A model generated the notes under the pieces. The model saw nothing but the letters and a program-made list of their open reading frames with translations. It was not told the origin of the DNA and made no database searches. A stretch of DNA of 64,000 nt. Source: Octopus vulgaris (lineage: Eukaryota). The translations under genes were made by a program, and so were the position numbers. Shown one piece after another: positions 26,690 through 38,296 of this stretch; position 1 is the first letter of the stretch; every line of letters begins with the position of its first letter. Where the stretch lies: contig OX597814.1 of NCBI GenBank assembly GCA_951406725.2, positions 49,166,001-49,230,000 on the forward strand. Reading direction: 5' to 3'.

Positions 26690-27020
26690 CACAAGCATGG
26701 CTGTGTGGTAAGAAATTTGCTTCTGAACTACATGGTTCTGGGTTCAGTCCCAGTGTCTTCTACTATAGCTCCAGGCTAACCAAAGCCTTGTGAGTGGATT
26801 TGGTAGGTGGAAACTGAATGAAGCCTATCATATATAATATATATGCATGTGTGTGTGTGTGTGTGTCTTTGTGTCTGTGTTTGTCCTCTTACCACTGCTT
26901 GACAACTGTTGTTGGTATGTTTACAACCCCTTAAATTAGCAGTTCAGCAAAAGGATAAGTACTAGGCTTAAAAAGTAAGCCCTGTGGTAGATTTGTTTGA
27001 CTAAAAACTCTTCAAGGCAG
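26690..27020 (+). mobile_element. Family A SINE, followed by (CA)n at 27054-27143
   Basis: Head, core, (TA)(TG) tract and partial tail, with CpG decay. Confidence 0.8.
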
Positions 27021-27051
27021 AAATATACAATGCATACTTGCATACACACAT

Positions 27052-27144
<93 letters not shown>

Positions 27145-27150
<6 letters not shown>

Positions 27151-28170
27151 AGCTTGACTGAGTTCCATATGACTTATAGTTTCGTGAATGGGTATGACAC
27201 GTCCATCTCATCAGATGATTGAAGGCAAAGTGAAGGGTTTGAAAGACATTCAAGATGGCTTGTAGGCATTTAGGCCTCTATTAGACAACTCATATTACAT
27301 GGTATTAATGTTTACAAAGCAGCACCAACACATGTTCAGACAGGATGATGACGCCACTTTAACAGCAGGCTGCAACATAATATATTCAGTAACATTATTT
27401 CCTTCTATTGAGTAGTGAACATAGTGGGGTTAAATGTTGATACAAGTCAGTTGACTAGTCATCATTAAGTGGAATTTGAACATATTAGTGGCGGCATATT
27501 GGTCATACAACCTCAGCTGTAACCCAAAACCATCAAAACAATTACTCCTATGTAAAGACTGCTGCCAATAATGTGTTCAATCTGCACTGAATGATGATTG
27601 AATTATTGACTCTTACCAGCTTCTTACCACACTATGTGCAGTACAGGTTACAAGAGACTGATGCCACTGAATATACTATGCTGTAGCCCACCATCAAAGT
27701 GAGACCATCATCCTGCCAACATTCTGTCTAAAAAAACAAAAATAACTAATGTCATTTTTCGAGTATTAATACCTATTTCTTTATTACCCACAAGGGGCTA
27801 AACACAGAGGGGACAAACAAGGACAGACATAGGTATTAAGTCGATTACATCGACCCCAGTGCGCAACTGGTACTTAATTTATCGACCCCGAAAGGATGAA
27901 AGGCAAAGTCAACCTCGGCGGAATTTGAACTCACAACGTAACGCAGACAAAATACCGCTAAGCATTTCGCCCTGCGTGCTAACGTTTCTGCCAGCTCGCC
28001 GCCTTTTTCAAGTATTAATACCATGTGACTTCAGCTAGCCAATAGAAGCCTAAAAACCTAGAAACCAGCTTGAATTCCTTTCAAACCCTCCACTCTGCCT
28101 CCGATGTGTCCTATGCACCCATGGAAGTTTAATCTAGCCATATGGAGTTTTAATCTAGTCAAACTGTTAT
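27145..28170. mobile_element. Foldback element with ~350-bp inverted arms
   Basis: 27145-27497 is the diverged reverse complement of 27560-28170 once the SINE is removed (e.g. GAAGGGTTTGAAAG / CTTTCAAACCCTCC, CAGGATGATG / CATCATCCTG, CATGGTATTAAT / ATTAATACCATG). Confidence 0.8.
27774..28005 (-). mobile_element. Young family B SINE (Tx1-tailed)
   Basis: CpG-intact copy; TSD TTTTTC(G/A)AGTATTAATACC at 27755-27773 and 28004-28022. Confidence 0.9.
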
Positions 28171-28280
28171 TAAATACATGTAAGAACAACCAAATGTGTT
28201 GAGTTTTACTTTCTTTCTTTTGTTCATTCACTCGTGTGTGTGTGTATGCGCATGCGTAATGTTTATATATAAGGAATATC

Positions 28281-29339
28281 TAGAATATGCCTATAGGTTT
28301 TTTTAGCCAATGCTGTGTTACAATGATTGTAAAAAATTCATCTATACATTATGTATGTGGACATAAGAAAGAACAATTCTAAGTACAATTCAACTCTTTT
28401 CAGAGTTTTCATCTACAGCCTTGTCCCACCTTTAAATATCCACAAATACATAGCTTGTAAATCCTCTAATATTAGAGGCTAAAGTAAACTGGATAGGTTA
28501 ATTTGCATAGTTGACTCTTCTGTGACAGGGATTGAACATTAACCCTTTAGCATTTAGATTGCCCTGTCAAATGTAATACCTATTTATTCACATTGTTTTT
28601 TGAATCAATCATGCATTATCTCATAGCTTCAAGATTTTGATAGTGTGATTGTTTATATTTCATAGAGCAAAACTTCCCCACCCCGTCCAGTGGATGGTGC
28701 TGAGTTGTCAAACATTTAATCCAAATCTTCTCAAAACAACTTGTCCGACCATCCCATAGACCTCCCCTTTCAGAAACACTGATTTAACCTAAATTTGAGA
28801 CACCAGCAAAAGAAGAAATAAAGATAGACTTTTTTATTATTCGCATTCTCACCTGGAATCGATTTTTGTAATTTTTTCAAGACTTATACACACCCTGATA
28901 CCGTCGGTATGTACATATCAAATTTGAGCGCAATCGGATGGAGGATGCCCGAAATCCTAGAAAACACACAGACAGACAGACAGACAGAATGGATTTTATA
29001 TAATAGATGATACTGTAAGTAGGTATGAGAAGCCAGATCTGGTTGATTTGAACACAAAACAGACAGAATATTTGGGCTGGATTTGGCTGATTTAAATGCT
29101 TAAGGGTTAAGTTTCTAGTGCATTAACAGTGTTTCATTTCATGGCCTAAATGTGCTATAGAATATATTTATAGGTTTTCTAGCCAACACTGTATGTTACA
29201 ACGATTGTAAGGAATTCATCTGTACAATATATGTATAGATATAAAAAGGGAGAACAGCTGTATGTACATTTGGACTCTTTTTTGGAGTCTTCATCAGCAG
29301 TTGTGTACCACCTTTAAATAACTATAAACACATTGCTTC
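28281..29339 (-). repeat. Two diverged ~180-bp direct repeats carrying degenerate hammerhead motifs (Penelope/retrozyme-like)
   Basis: 28281-28458 aligns with 29158-29339. Minus strand of unit 2 reads ACAACTG-CTGATGA-A-GACTC...GAGTC-CAAA-TGTACA-TA-CAGCTGT. Confidence 0.65.
28543..29106. mobile_element. piggyBac-type TTAA MITE containing a Helitron 5' fragment (~28668-29009, minus strand)
   Basis: TTAA|CCCTTTAGCATTTA...TAAATGCTTAAGGG|TTAA. The insert ends (CAGA)n...TATAATAGAT like the Helitron at 5946-6329. A second copy of the MITE lies at 36659-37216. Confidence 0.82.
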
Positions 29340-29383
29340 AGGCACCACAATTCTTTTTGTAGTAATACTTTTTATTCTTTGAG

Positions 29384-29690
29384 TTAGCTGGTAGCTTGCT
29401 GTGTACCCCGTCCATTGAGAACAGCTTGATAGCACTTTCGTCTTTGAGATAACAGCTGTTCTATCTTTCTATGATTTTCATCAAACCAGTCAGCATGCTT
29501 GCTTTTGGGAAAGCCTATTAAAGCAGTGGCTGTGTTATGGATTGTCTCACGCAACTGTTCCCCATAAGCATTGGCTGGTGCTGTGTCAACTGGTGCAGTG
29601 TCAGGTAGCACTTTTAATTTGCTGATCATATTTACTGCAAGTGCATGTTGCACTCCAGTATTTATTAAGTTGCTTGGATTCTGTCATTTT
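29384..29690 (-). mobile_element. RTE (BovB-like) LINE fragment
   Basis: LRETIHNTATALIG...HADWFDENHRKIEQLL, the typical WFDEN linker between endonuclease and RT. Confidence 0.75.
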
Positions 29691-30009
29691 GGCATCACAC
29701 ACACACATTCACCTACATATACATGCTTATAAGTTTTCATAAAAAATACTTCATACACCCACAATATATCTTTTTCTTTTTCTTTTATTTATTTCAGTCT
29801 TTAGACTCAGTCATGTTGGGATACTGCCTTGAATAATCTTTAATCAAATGAATCAACCCCAATAATTAATTTTTATTTTTATTAAGCCTGGTATTTATTC
29901 TATTGATTTCTTTTGCTGAACTGCTAAGTTAAGGGGATATAAACACACCAACACAGTTGTCAAACAGTGGTGAGGGACAAACAGACACATAGACACATAC
30001 ATATAGACA

Positions 30010-30305
30010 TCTATATATATAAAACTGAGAATGTGTGTGTCTGTCTGTGTGTCTGTATGTATGCATCACTAAAACTCGAGAACTACCAAACCGATTTCAT
30101 CCAAATTTTACGCATGCCTTGCTTAGGGTCCATGTAATGTCATGGGCCCAAAATATTTTCAACTTCTTGCCTAATGTGAGCCCAGAGCAAACCCTTATCT
30201 CTTACACTATTTCAGTATTATGTGTCAAAAGTGAAACAATAACATCTCTATTGCAATGTGAGATAATACCTTTAGGTTTAATAGTTCCACTATTAATACT
30301 TTCGC
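30010..30305 (+). mobile_element. Helitron 5' fragment
   Basis: A|TCTATATATATAAAA...(TGTC)n...ACCGATTTCATCCAAATTTT, the same 5' architecture as 5946-6329; no CTAG end. Confidence 0.65.
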
Positions 30306-30336
<31 letters not shown>

Positions 30337-30380
30337 TAGTTTCCTTTCTATTAGTTTCACTATGTATTTATATACATGTT

Positions 30381-30420
<40 letters not shown>

Positions 30421-30619
30421 TAAAATTAAACAAATAAATGAGTGGGAAATAGTGGGAGTTAAAGAAAGAGAGGGCCAAGAAAAGTGACAGTGGGTGAGTG
30501 AGAAAAAGGAAGAAGAACAAGAGGGGGAATAAAAGATAGAGTAAGAGTCATACAGAATATAGTTACATACCTACTATAAGGTAAGCACAAGGGTGTATGT
30601 ATGCCACTATATATATTGT

Positions 30620-30922
30620 TAGTTCCTTCTTCAGCCATGCTTGACTCATTAGGGCCGGTTTCCTGGTTTCCTTGGCGTATAGGTTCCCCACCTGGATGGG
30701 ACATTGGTCCATCGCAGGTGAGCTGCAAGATGCAGGAGGAAAGAGTGAGAGAAAGTTGTGGTGAAAGAGTCAGCAGAAGTTCGCCATTACCTTCTGCCGG
30801 AGCCACATGGAGCTTAGGTGTTTTGCTCATAAACACACACATTGCCTGGTCTGGGATTCGAACCCACAATCCCTCGACCGTGAGTCTGCTGCTCTAACCA
30901 ATAGACTGTGTGCCTCCACACA
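30620..30922 (-). mobile_element. tRNA-derived SINE (family C)
   Basis: Head TGGTTAGAGCAGCAGACTC...GGGTTCGAATCCCAGACC; related copy at 59638-59916(+). Confidence 0.75.
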
Positions 30923-31109
30923 GTATATATATATATATATATACGTGCCACTGTCACGGGAGCCAGTCAGTAGCCCTGGCAATGATCACGCTTGAATGAT
31001 GCTGTTAATGTTCCGCTGGCACAGGTGTCAATCAGGCAGTACTGTCATTGGCCATGACAGTGATTTCACTTGCCTCAACAGGTCTTCGCAAGCATAGTTT
31101 ATTATTCAA

Positions 31110-31415
31110 CAGATCAAACAAGACCATCTACCTGAAGGGATTCGTGGTTTGCCTACCTTCCTACTTATTAAGACTTTGGATTTTGCTAGGTTGACTCTAA
31201 GGCCCTTTGATTCTAATCTTTGCTTCCACACCTGAAACTTCTCCTCTAGCTCTGATAGTTACTCAGCTATTAGAGCAAGATCATCAGCATAGAGAATCTC
31301 CCAGGGGCATCCTGCCTTGGATTCCTCTGTTATTGCCTGGAAGTCTAAGATGAATAAGAGGGGACTGAGGACTGATCCTTGGTGGACCCCTACCCCTACC
31401 TGGAATCCTTCACCC
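31110..31415 (-). mobile_element. RTE RT fragment
   Basis: HQGSVLSPLLFI...CPWEILYADDLALIA. Confidence 0.85.
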
Positions 31416-31640
31416 AGGACAATGTTTTTGGGAAGCAAGCTTCTTGCCAGATAGCCCAGAATCCAAGCAACCTAATAACTTTTCTTAAAAGTTTATTTAA
31501 AAAATTGTTTTTCTTTTGAAGAACAGATTCAAAAACAATTTTTTAAAAAATAATTAACTTTTAAGAAACCCTTTCTTTATGTATATACATATATATGCAT
31601 GTGTGTGTGTATTTGTATATATGTATATATATATATATAT

Positions 31641-32957
31641 GTTCCTTTATTGGCCACACAGGGTTGAACACAGAGAGGACAAAATACAAAGTAGAGCTTT
31701 TCTTTTTGGGGAAAGAAAAAGTGGGAGTAGAAATTAGATCAAAAGGGATTGTGGGAAGAAGGAAAAGAAAAAGCTGATCAATAGGGATCTTGTATCACAG
31801 AAATGCCATAATGTAAAAGGGGAAACATTAAGTTTATCCGTGGAGAGAAAAGCGTACGGAAAAGACCACGGTAACCTTGGGCAATAATGTCATGCAAAAA
31901 ACACATTACAGTAAGTGACTCTCATTTTTTCCTTTCTTTTTCTGGTTCATAGGATTATGCTCAAGTTAGCTCTGTCATTCACACATGCCATCCCTGCTAC
32001 ATTCACCCATCTTTTATTGAAACATTCACTAGACAAAACTTGCCTCTCTACTCTCACCTTCCTCTTCAAGTGATACTTGAAGTTGATGAGAGATTCACTA
32101 GAGAGGAAAGTGTTTGTCTCTAGACCTTTCAGATGCATCCACCATACACATTCTTTTGCCATAGCCACAAGTACGATGAAAATGACTCTTCCTTCCTATT
32201 TCAAGGAAGGAGGCACGACAATATTCACGATAGACTCGGTTGATAAACTGACTTGTCCCACACGTGATAGCAGTCGTTTGACATAGGACCACAGGTCAGA
32301 AATGGTTGGACACTGTACAAGTGCGTGCAGAACGGTTTCATCACTCTGACCGCATCTCAGGCAGGTCAGCCCCATGTTTCTTAAGCCATACCTGTTGTGC
32401 TTATCCTGAATGGGTAGCACTTCTCAATAGCACTGCCGGGCCAGGGATCTTTGGTAGTTGTCCTTAGGTCCTGGCCTGAAAGTCATCTTGAACAGGCAGG
32501 TCAAGTATTCCTCATCGATACCCAGGTTCGCCCCGAGATCATCGTTGTACCTCCCCTCCACTAATCCACTATAGAATACTTTGGTTGTGTTGCAATCGCT
32601 CAAGGTCGACCTGGAACAGCATAGTTGCTTGAGAGCAATGCGTAACTCACGGTGCCCCTCACCTTTCCTCGGCCTCTTTTTGATCCACGACTGCAGTTCA
32701 GTCATGGAGACGAGGTGCAGGAAAGAGTGCCTCACAAACAGCAACCACACCTGTTGACCATCATCTACGGAGATGTCACAGTCTCAGCGCGTGTCTGCAC
32801 ATCATCAATCACGACATGCCCAGCCCTCCTTTCAACAGACATTGGACCATCGCCTGACCATTGGAATGCTTCCTTTCCACAAGAAGTGGAAGAGGATGCG
32901 TTCCAGTTTGGTGATGTTAGGGTTGGGACAAGGCATGACAGTGAGGCGGTAGTAGAT
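31641..32957 (-). mobile_element. Tx1-clade LINE, 3' portion (copy B)
   Basis: IYYRLTVMPCP...FHFLWKG, CLRCGQSDETVLHALVQCP zinc knuckle, ORF end LSIIL*, 3' UTR ending CCAATAAAGGAAC in a (TA)n tract. Confidence 0.85.
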
Positions 32958-34484
32958 ATGGATAGAAAAGCCTACGGAAAAGATCACGGTACCTCAGGCA
33001 GGGAGGGAATAAACACATGAGAGCAAAGTGCTCTCTCTCTCTCTCTCTCTCTTTCAATTTACAGGATCATGCTCAAAGTGGTTTCGTCACTCGCACATAC
33101 CATCTTTACTATATTCACCCACCTTTTTTTGAAACTTTCACGAGACAAAACCTGCCACTTCATTCTCAGCTTCCTTTTCAAGTGGTACTTGAAAAAGTTG
33201 ACGAGCGATTGGCCAGAGAGGTAGGTGTTTGTCTCTAATCCTTTCACTCGAGTCCACCACACACATTCTTTCACCATGGCCACCAGTATGAAGAAGACTG
33301 CCTTGCCTTCCCAGTTGAGGGAAGGTGGCAGAGCAATTGTCATGATAGACTCGGCTGACAGGTGGACTCATCCCACACATGACAGCAGCTGTTCGGCATA
33401 AGCCCATAGGTCCAAAATGGTTGGACACTGCATGAGTGTGTGCAGAACGGTTTCGTCGCTCTGACCACATCTCAGGCAAGCTGGTCCGGTGTGTCTTGAT
33501 CCATGCCTGTAGAGCTTATCCCGAATGGATAATGCTTCTTGATAGCACTGCCAGGCCAGGAATCTTTGGTGATTGTCCATAGGTCCTGGCCCGAAAGTTG
33601 TCCTGAACAGGTGGGTCAGGTGTTCCTTGTCAACGCCCAGATTCTGTCCGAGAACATCATCGCACCTCCCCTCCACTAATCCCCTATAGAATGCCTTTGT
33701 AGTGATGAAGTTGCACAAGTTTGGTCCCAGACGGCAGAGTTGCTTGAGAGCAATATGACACTCACGGTGCCATTCGCCTAGCCTTAGTCTCTGTTTGATC
33801 CACGACTGCAGTTCAGCCAAGGAGACGAGCTGCGGGAAAGTGCACTGCACAAACAGTGACCACACCTGTTCACCATCGTCTATGAAGTGCCGGAGATGTC
33901 ACAGTCTCAGTGCATTTTTGCGTATCTTCAACCACAGCATGCCTAGTCCTCCATTTAGCGGGTGTTGACAGCAACTGGATCACCTAACCATCAGAACATT
34001 TCCCTTCCATAAGAAGCGGAAGAGTATGTGTTCCAGTTTGGTGATGGTAGGGTCGGGATAAGGCACAACAGTCAGACAAGTAAAGTTTGAGACATTCCCA
34101 GGAAAACCTCTAGACGTCGAAAGAAATCTGGCCAGCCTGTTAAGGACGATGTATAAACTGTTATCAGTCGAAAAGCACACCCATTGCTGCCATTGACATC
34201 CAAGACAACCAGCCTACCCTCTGGGTCTAGGAAAATTGCTCTTTGAGGTCCAGACTCTTCTGAAGAAGCACTGCGGTACCTCCTCCGCCCATTCTTGGCA
34301 GACACTGAGAAAAATAAATGTTGAAATGTCCACCGAACATGTTCTGGAGGGCCCATGGGCTGTGGAGTCTCATCTTGCTGATGGCTATGATATGCAGATT
34401 TTGTGACTTGATATTGTTTAACAAGTAGCCTTGTTTCCAAGGTGACCCCAAGCCATGTACATTTATACTGCCTATTTTGAGCAT
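32958..34484 (-). mobile_element. Tx1-clade LINE lacking RT (endonuclease N-terminus fused to C-terminus; copy A)
   Basis: MLKIGSINVHGL...DPEGRLVVLDV...FRLITVY...FFRRLEVFL (APE N-half) joins at ~34080 to LTVVPYP...FRFLWKG...PLNGGLG and the CLRC...H...C knuckle. Confidence 0.85.
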
Positions 34485-34929
34485 GTTCCTATCGAAGGTT
34501 GTGTTTTACACACAAAAGGGAGATGAGAGAGAAAGAGAGAGAGAGAGAGTTACTTACTGTCTGAAAGTTGTTTGTCCTTCACCTCACAGTCTTCTTCCAG
34601 AAGGTTTTTTTAGAGAGGTATCTTTGAAATCTCCCTACTGCATCCCAGTAGAAAGATTTCAGTGTGCTGTGTGTGTTCTGTGTTATGTGTATGATTTTAA
34701 TTGTACTGACCTCACCCAAATGGGAAGACAAAAAATGTTTTTGATGAAAATTGCTCATTGCTTGAAAAATATTGGTCAAGTTTAATAAAATTTAATATGT
34801 ATTCAATGCATGACATGTCATTATTGGGCTCAAGTCCCAATGAAGAGCCCTCCGATAACGGCAGCTTTTAAGCTATACATACATATATATGAACATTATA
34901 TGCATACACACATTTATTTGTATATATAT

Positions 34930-35440
34930 ATTATGGCTGCCCCCTCGTTATCAAGTATGGCCATTACATGAAGCTTAACTGTTACTGGTGCTGTGATCGA
35001 ATGTGGCTTTTTAGCTCAGCCAAAGATCTACAATGTCTTGTACGAAATTGGCAACTAAAACCTTTACCGGTAATAGCCGGCTGTAGTTGTAACTGGGCTT
35101 CATGTACCTTTGCATGTCATTTAAGTCCTCCTGCAGAATTACACTCTCTTCCACATGCCCAACAGATATGATTAGTATGGTGTGTTACACCACTACCAGT
35201 GGCCAGGTTGTCACTCATCTGTCTCGTTCTATGACTACGAAGATGACTCATGAGTCCAGCTTTACTGAGGCAGGGTCTTGCACAGACATTGCATGTCAGA
35301 ATCAAAGGAAGACCCTTCCCTTCTAGAAGTGCAACAGCGATGCCCTTCCTGACATCCCTCCTTACTTTCTCATGTGCAACTCAAGATTTCTCAAACGTGG
35401 CTGTCCCCTCATGCACAATCCTTCTCCACCTGCTACGATC
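34930..35440 (-). mobile_element. RTE (BovB-like) 3' end with three C2H2-type zinc fingers
   Basis: DRSRWRRIVHEG motif, then CNVC...HLRSH, CWAC...(*)HAKVH and CQFR...HIRSQH, then a short UTR ending GCAGCCATAA(TA)n. Confidence 0.72.
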
Positions 35441-35666
35441 AATACATACATACATACATACATATATGTGAGTCTTTGTATGTATGTATATCAATATCAT
35501 CACCATTATATGCAAGCAAAAATAAATTTTCTCTAAGCTGAAACATGTTTTCATGGAAGACTGGAAATCAATGACACTGCTTTATATGACCATCATGGTC
35601 TTAAACATCTGCTATATGATTGTGACATCATGACAAAAGACACAAACCCCCGCATGCATGCACACA

Positions 35667-35706
<40 letters not shown>

Positions 35707-35837
35707 TATGTATACACAAATATAAAGATGAAAACCTTTGGTTAGCTTTGGGCTATTACTGAAGATATTTGCCCAAGGTGCCACACAAAAACAGATGCAT
35801 AAATGTAGCTAGATAGATTTAGATATTTATGTATGTA

Positions 35838-36152
35838 TTGTCATCGTTTAATGTCCGTTTTCCATGCTGGCATGGGTTGGACGGGTTGACTGGAGGCTGG
35901 CAAGCCAGGAAGTCACACCAGGCTCCAATCTGATCTGGCAGTGTTTCTACAGTTGGATGCCCTTCCTAACACCAACCACTCCGAGAGTGTAATGGGTGCC
36001 TTTTACGTGCCACCGGCACAGTAGCCAGCCAGGCAGCACTGGCATTGGCCACCGTTCGGATAGTGCTTTTTATGTGCTACTGACACTGGAGCCAGTCAGG
36101 GAGGGCCTGACATCAACCACGTTCGGATGGTGCCTTTTACATGTTACTGGCA
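35838..36152 (-). mobile_element. RTE 3'-UTR fragment with ~60-bp internal repeats
   Basis: Matches 55935-56280. Similar fragments at 37550-37910, 39295-39810, 44410-44540, 55365-55560 (all -) and 53520-53830 (+). Confidence 0.85.
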
Positions 36153-36658
36153 CATAGAAATAATGATAAACCTTTCTACTGTAGGCACAATTGAGTCATT
36201 GCCATCAACCATGGTACTTAATATATATATTTCTCTGTGTGTATAGGTGCATATATTTGTATATGTTGATATGTGTGTACATATTTTATGTATGTGCTTA
36301 TATATCCGTATATGACATATATATTTCTGTATGTATGTGTGTATATACATACATATGTAAACTAAAAAGATGACCTTCAAAGATAGTTTTTGTGTGAAAG
36401 GAATTTGCAAACTATTAATTTACAAATTTAAGTGCAAAACCATTAATAAAAATTAAGAATGCTGAGACATGAATGTTCTTGTACTTAAAGTTGTTAAACG
36501 ATATCAATATTCAAACAAGTAATATTGTCTTTTTATTCTAATAGCTTATATATTTTTATGAAATCTATAGGTGTCACTGTTCTAATGCTCTATAATGTAT
36601 ATTATCAAATTTATCTCTGTACCAACTTGGAAAATGTGATGGTAACTCATTCTTTTAA

Positions 36659-37216
36659 CCCTGTAACATTTAAACCAGTCATACCAGCCCAAATATTCTA
36701 CTTGTTTTATATTCAAACTCACCAGATCTTCTCTCTTATACCTATCCTACAATTTTGTTCTAAAAATAAATAATCACATCACTCTCCAAGCTACCATATA
36801 TTGTGCATGGCTTAGTGCTTAGAGTATTCAGTTTACAGCCATAAGGTTGTGAGGTCAATACCCAGCAATGCATTGCGTCCTTGAGCAAGATTCTTTATTT
36901 CCTGTTGCTTTAGTCCACTCTGCTGGTAAAAAGGGTAACACCTGTAATTCAAAGGGCCAGCTTTGTCACATTCTGTGTCACACTGAATTTCTCTAAGAGC
37001 TACACTAAGGGTAAGTATGACTATGCAGTGCTCAGCCACTCGCACCTAAATTTCATGAGCAGGTTGTTCCACTGATCGGATTAACTGGAACCCCTGTCAT
37101 CATAACCAATGGAATGCCAGTTTTTTGGGTTTTTTTTTTCCTTAATGCAAGATTAATTCAAAATAATGTGAATAAATAAGCATTACATTTGACAGAGTAA
37201 TCTGAATGCTAATGGG
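36659..37216. mobile_element. piggyBac-type MITE (inverted relative to the 28543 copy) with a Meta-domain-like tRNA-SINE inserted (~36800-37120, +)
   Basis: TTAA|CCC...GGG|TTAA. The insert has GTCCTTGAGCAAGA...AGTCCACTC.GCTG; the same SINE occurs at 53170-53482. Confidence 0.8.
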
Positions 37217-38130
37217 TTAAATAGATGAATTTGCAGAATGCTATTTATTGTAAAAGTGAAAGGTGAGGATAATTACTGGAAGTTGCTGGAACTAATTACT
37301 GACCTTTTAATAATGTCGATATATCTAGATATTTGAAATGTTCTTTTGGTGAAAATGTCCTTTTACATATGCTATTTTTAATCTATACTAGAAAATTGTT
37401 CTGTTACTTAGTGCAACAGGACATTTTAAATTTCACCAAAAATGTTGTATATTATCCTTTATATGCATCTATGTTTAATACTTAATGTAAATACATCATT
37501 AAAAGGCAAGTTACTGCAATATTTTTCCACAGATAACATCTCTTAGGGACATCATCATCATCATCATCATCATCATTTAGCGTCCACTTTCCATGCTGGT
37601 ATGGGTTGGACGGTGCAACTGGAGTCTGGGAAGCCAGAAGGCTGCACCAGGCCCAGTCTGATCTGGCAATGTTTCTATGGCTGGATGCCCTTCCTAACGC
37701 CAACCACTCCATGAGTGTAGTGGGTGCTTTTTACGTGCCACCGACACAGGAGCCAGACGAGGCTGGCAAACGGCCACGATCAGATGGTGCTTTTTACATG
37801 CCACCGGCACGGAGGCCAGGCAAGGCTGGCAACGGCCACGATCGGATGGTGCTTTTCACATGCCACCAGCACGGAAGCCAGTCAGGGCGGTGCTGGCAAT
37901 GGCCACAAGCAAAATATATCAGTGTAACAAAGTTTATATGCAGTATATTATATGATGTATATAATATCCATACTAAATGTAAGTACATTTTTGAAAGGCA
38001 AGTTAATGTGATATTCTTCCAGAAATAGCATCTCTTGTGGATGCACTGTATTTAAAAACATAATATATATCAGAGGGAGGTGAAAATCATGCCAACAGCA
38101 GCTAGTAAGAACACCAGGTGTATTTCAGCC

Positions 38131-38296
38131 AACTTGGGCCTTATCAATGGCATCTACATGTAGCCAGCCAGATGGTTGTCTGGCTGTTCACAATACAAAT
38201 GCATGCTTTATTCACTGTTTCTTATGTCTCACGATGACAAATCTCATCTAGGCATATGACTAGCTGTGAGTACACACCATTGATAAGCCCCAACTT
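38131..38296. mobile_element. MITE-like inverted repeat
   Basis: TTGGGCCTTATCAATGG / CCATTGATAAGCCCCAA, with ~40 bp of imperfect pairing. Confidence 0.6.

Noticed and set aside
27165-27220. Hammerhead-like string on the minus strand (CTGATGAG...CGAAAC...GTC)
   Set aside because: Core letters are present, but stem I is only 2 bp and three unpaired bases separate stem II from GAAA; likely chance.
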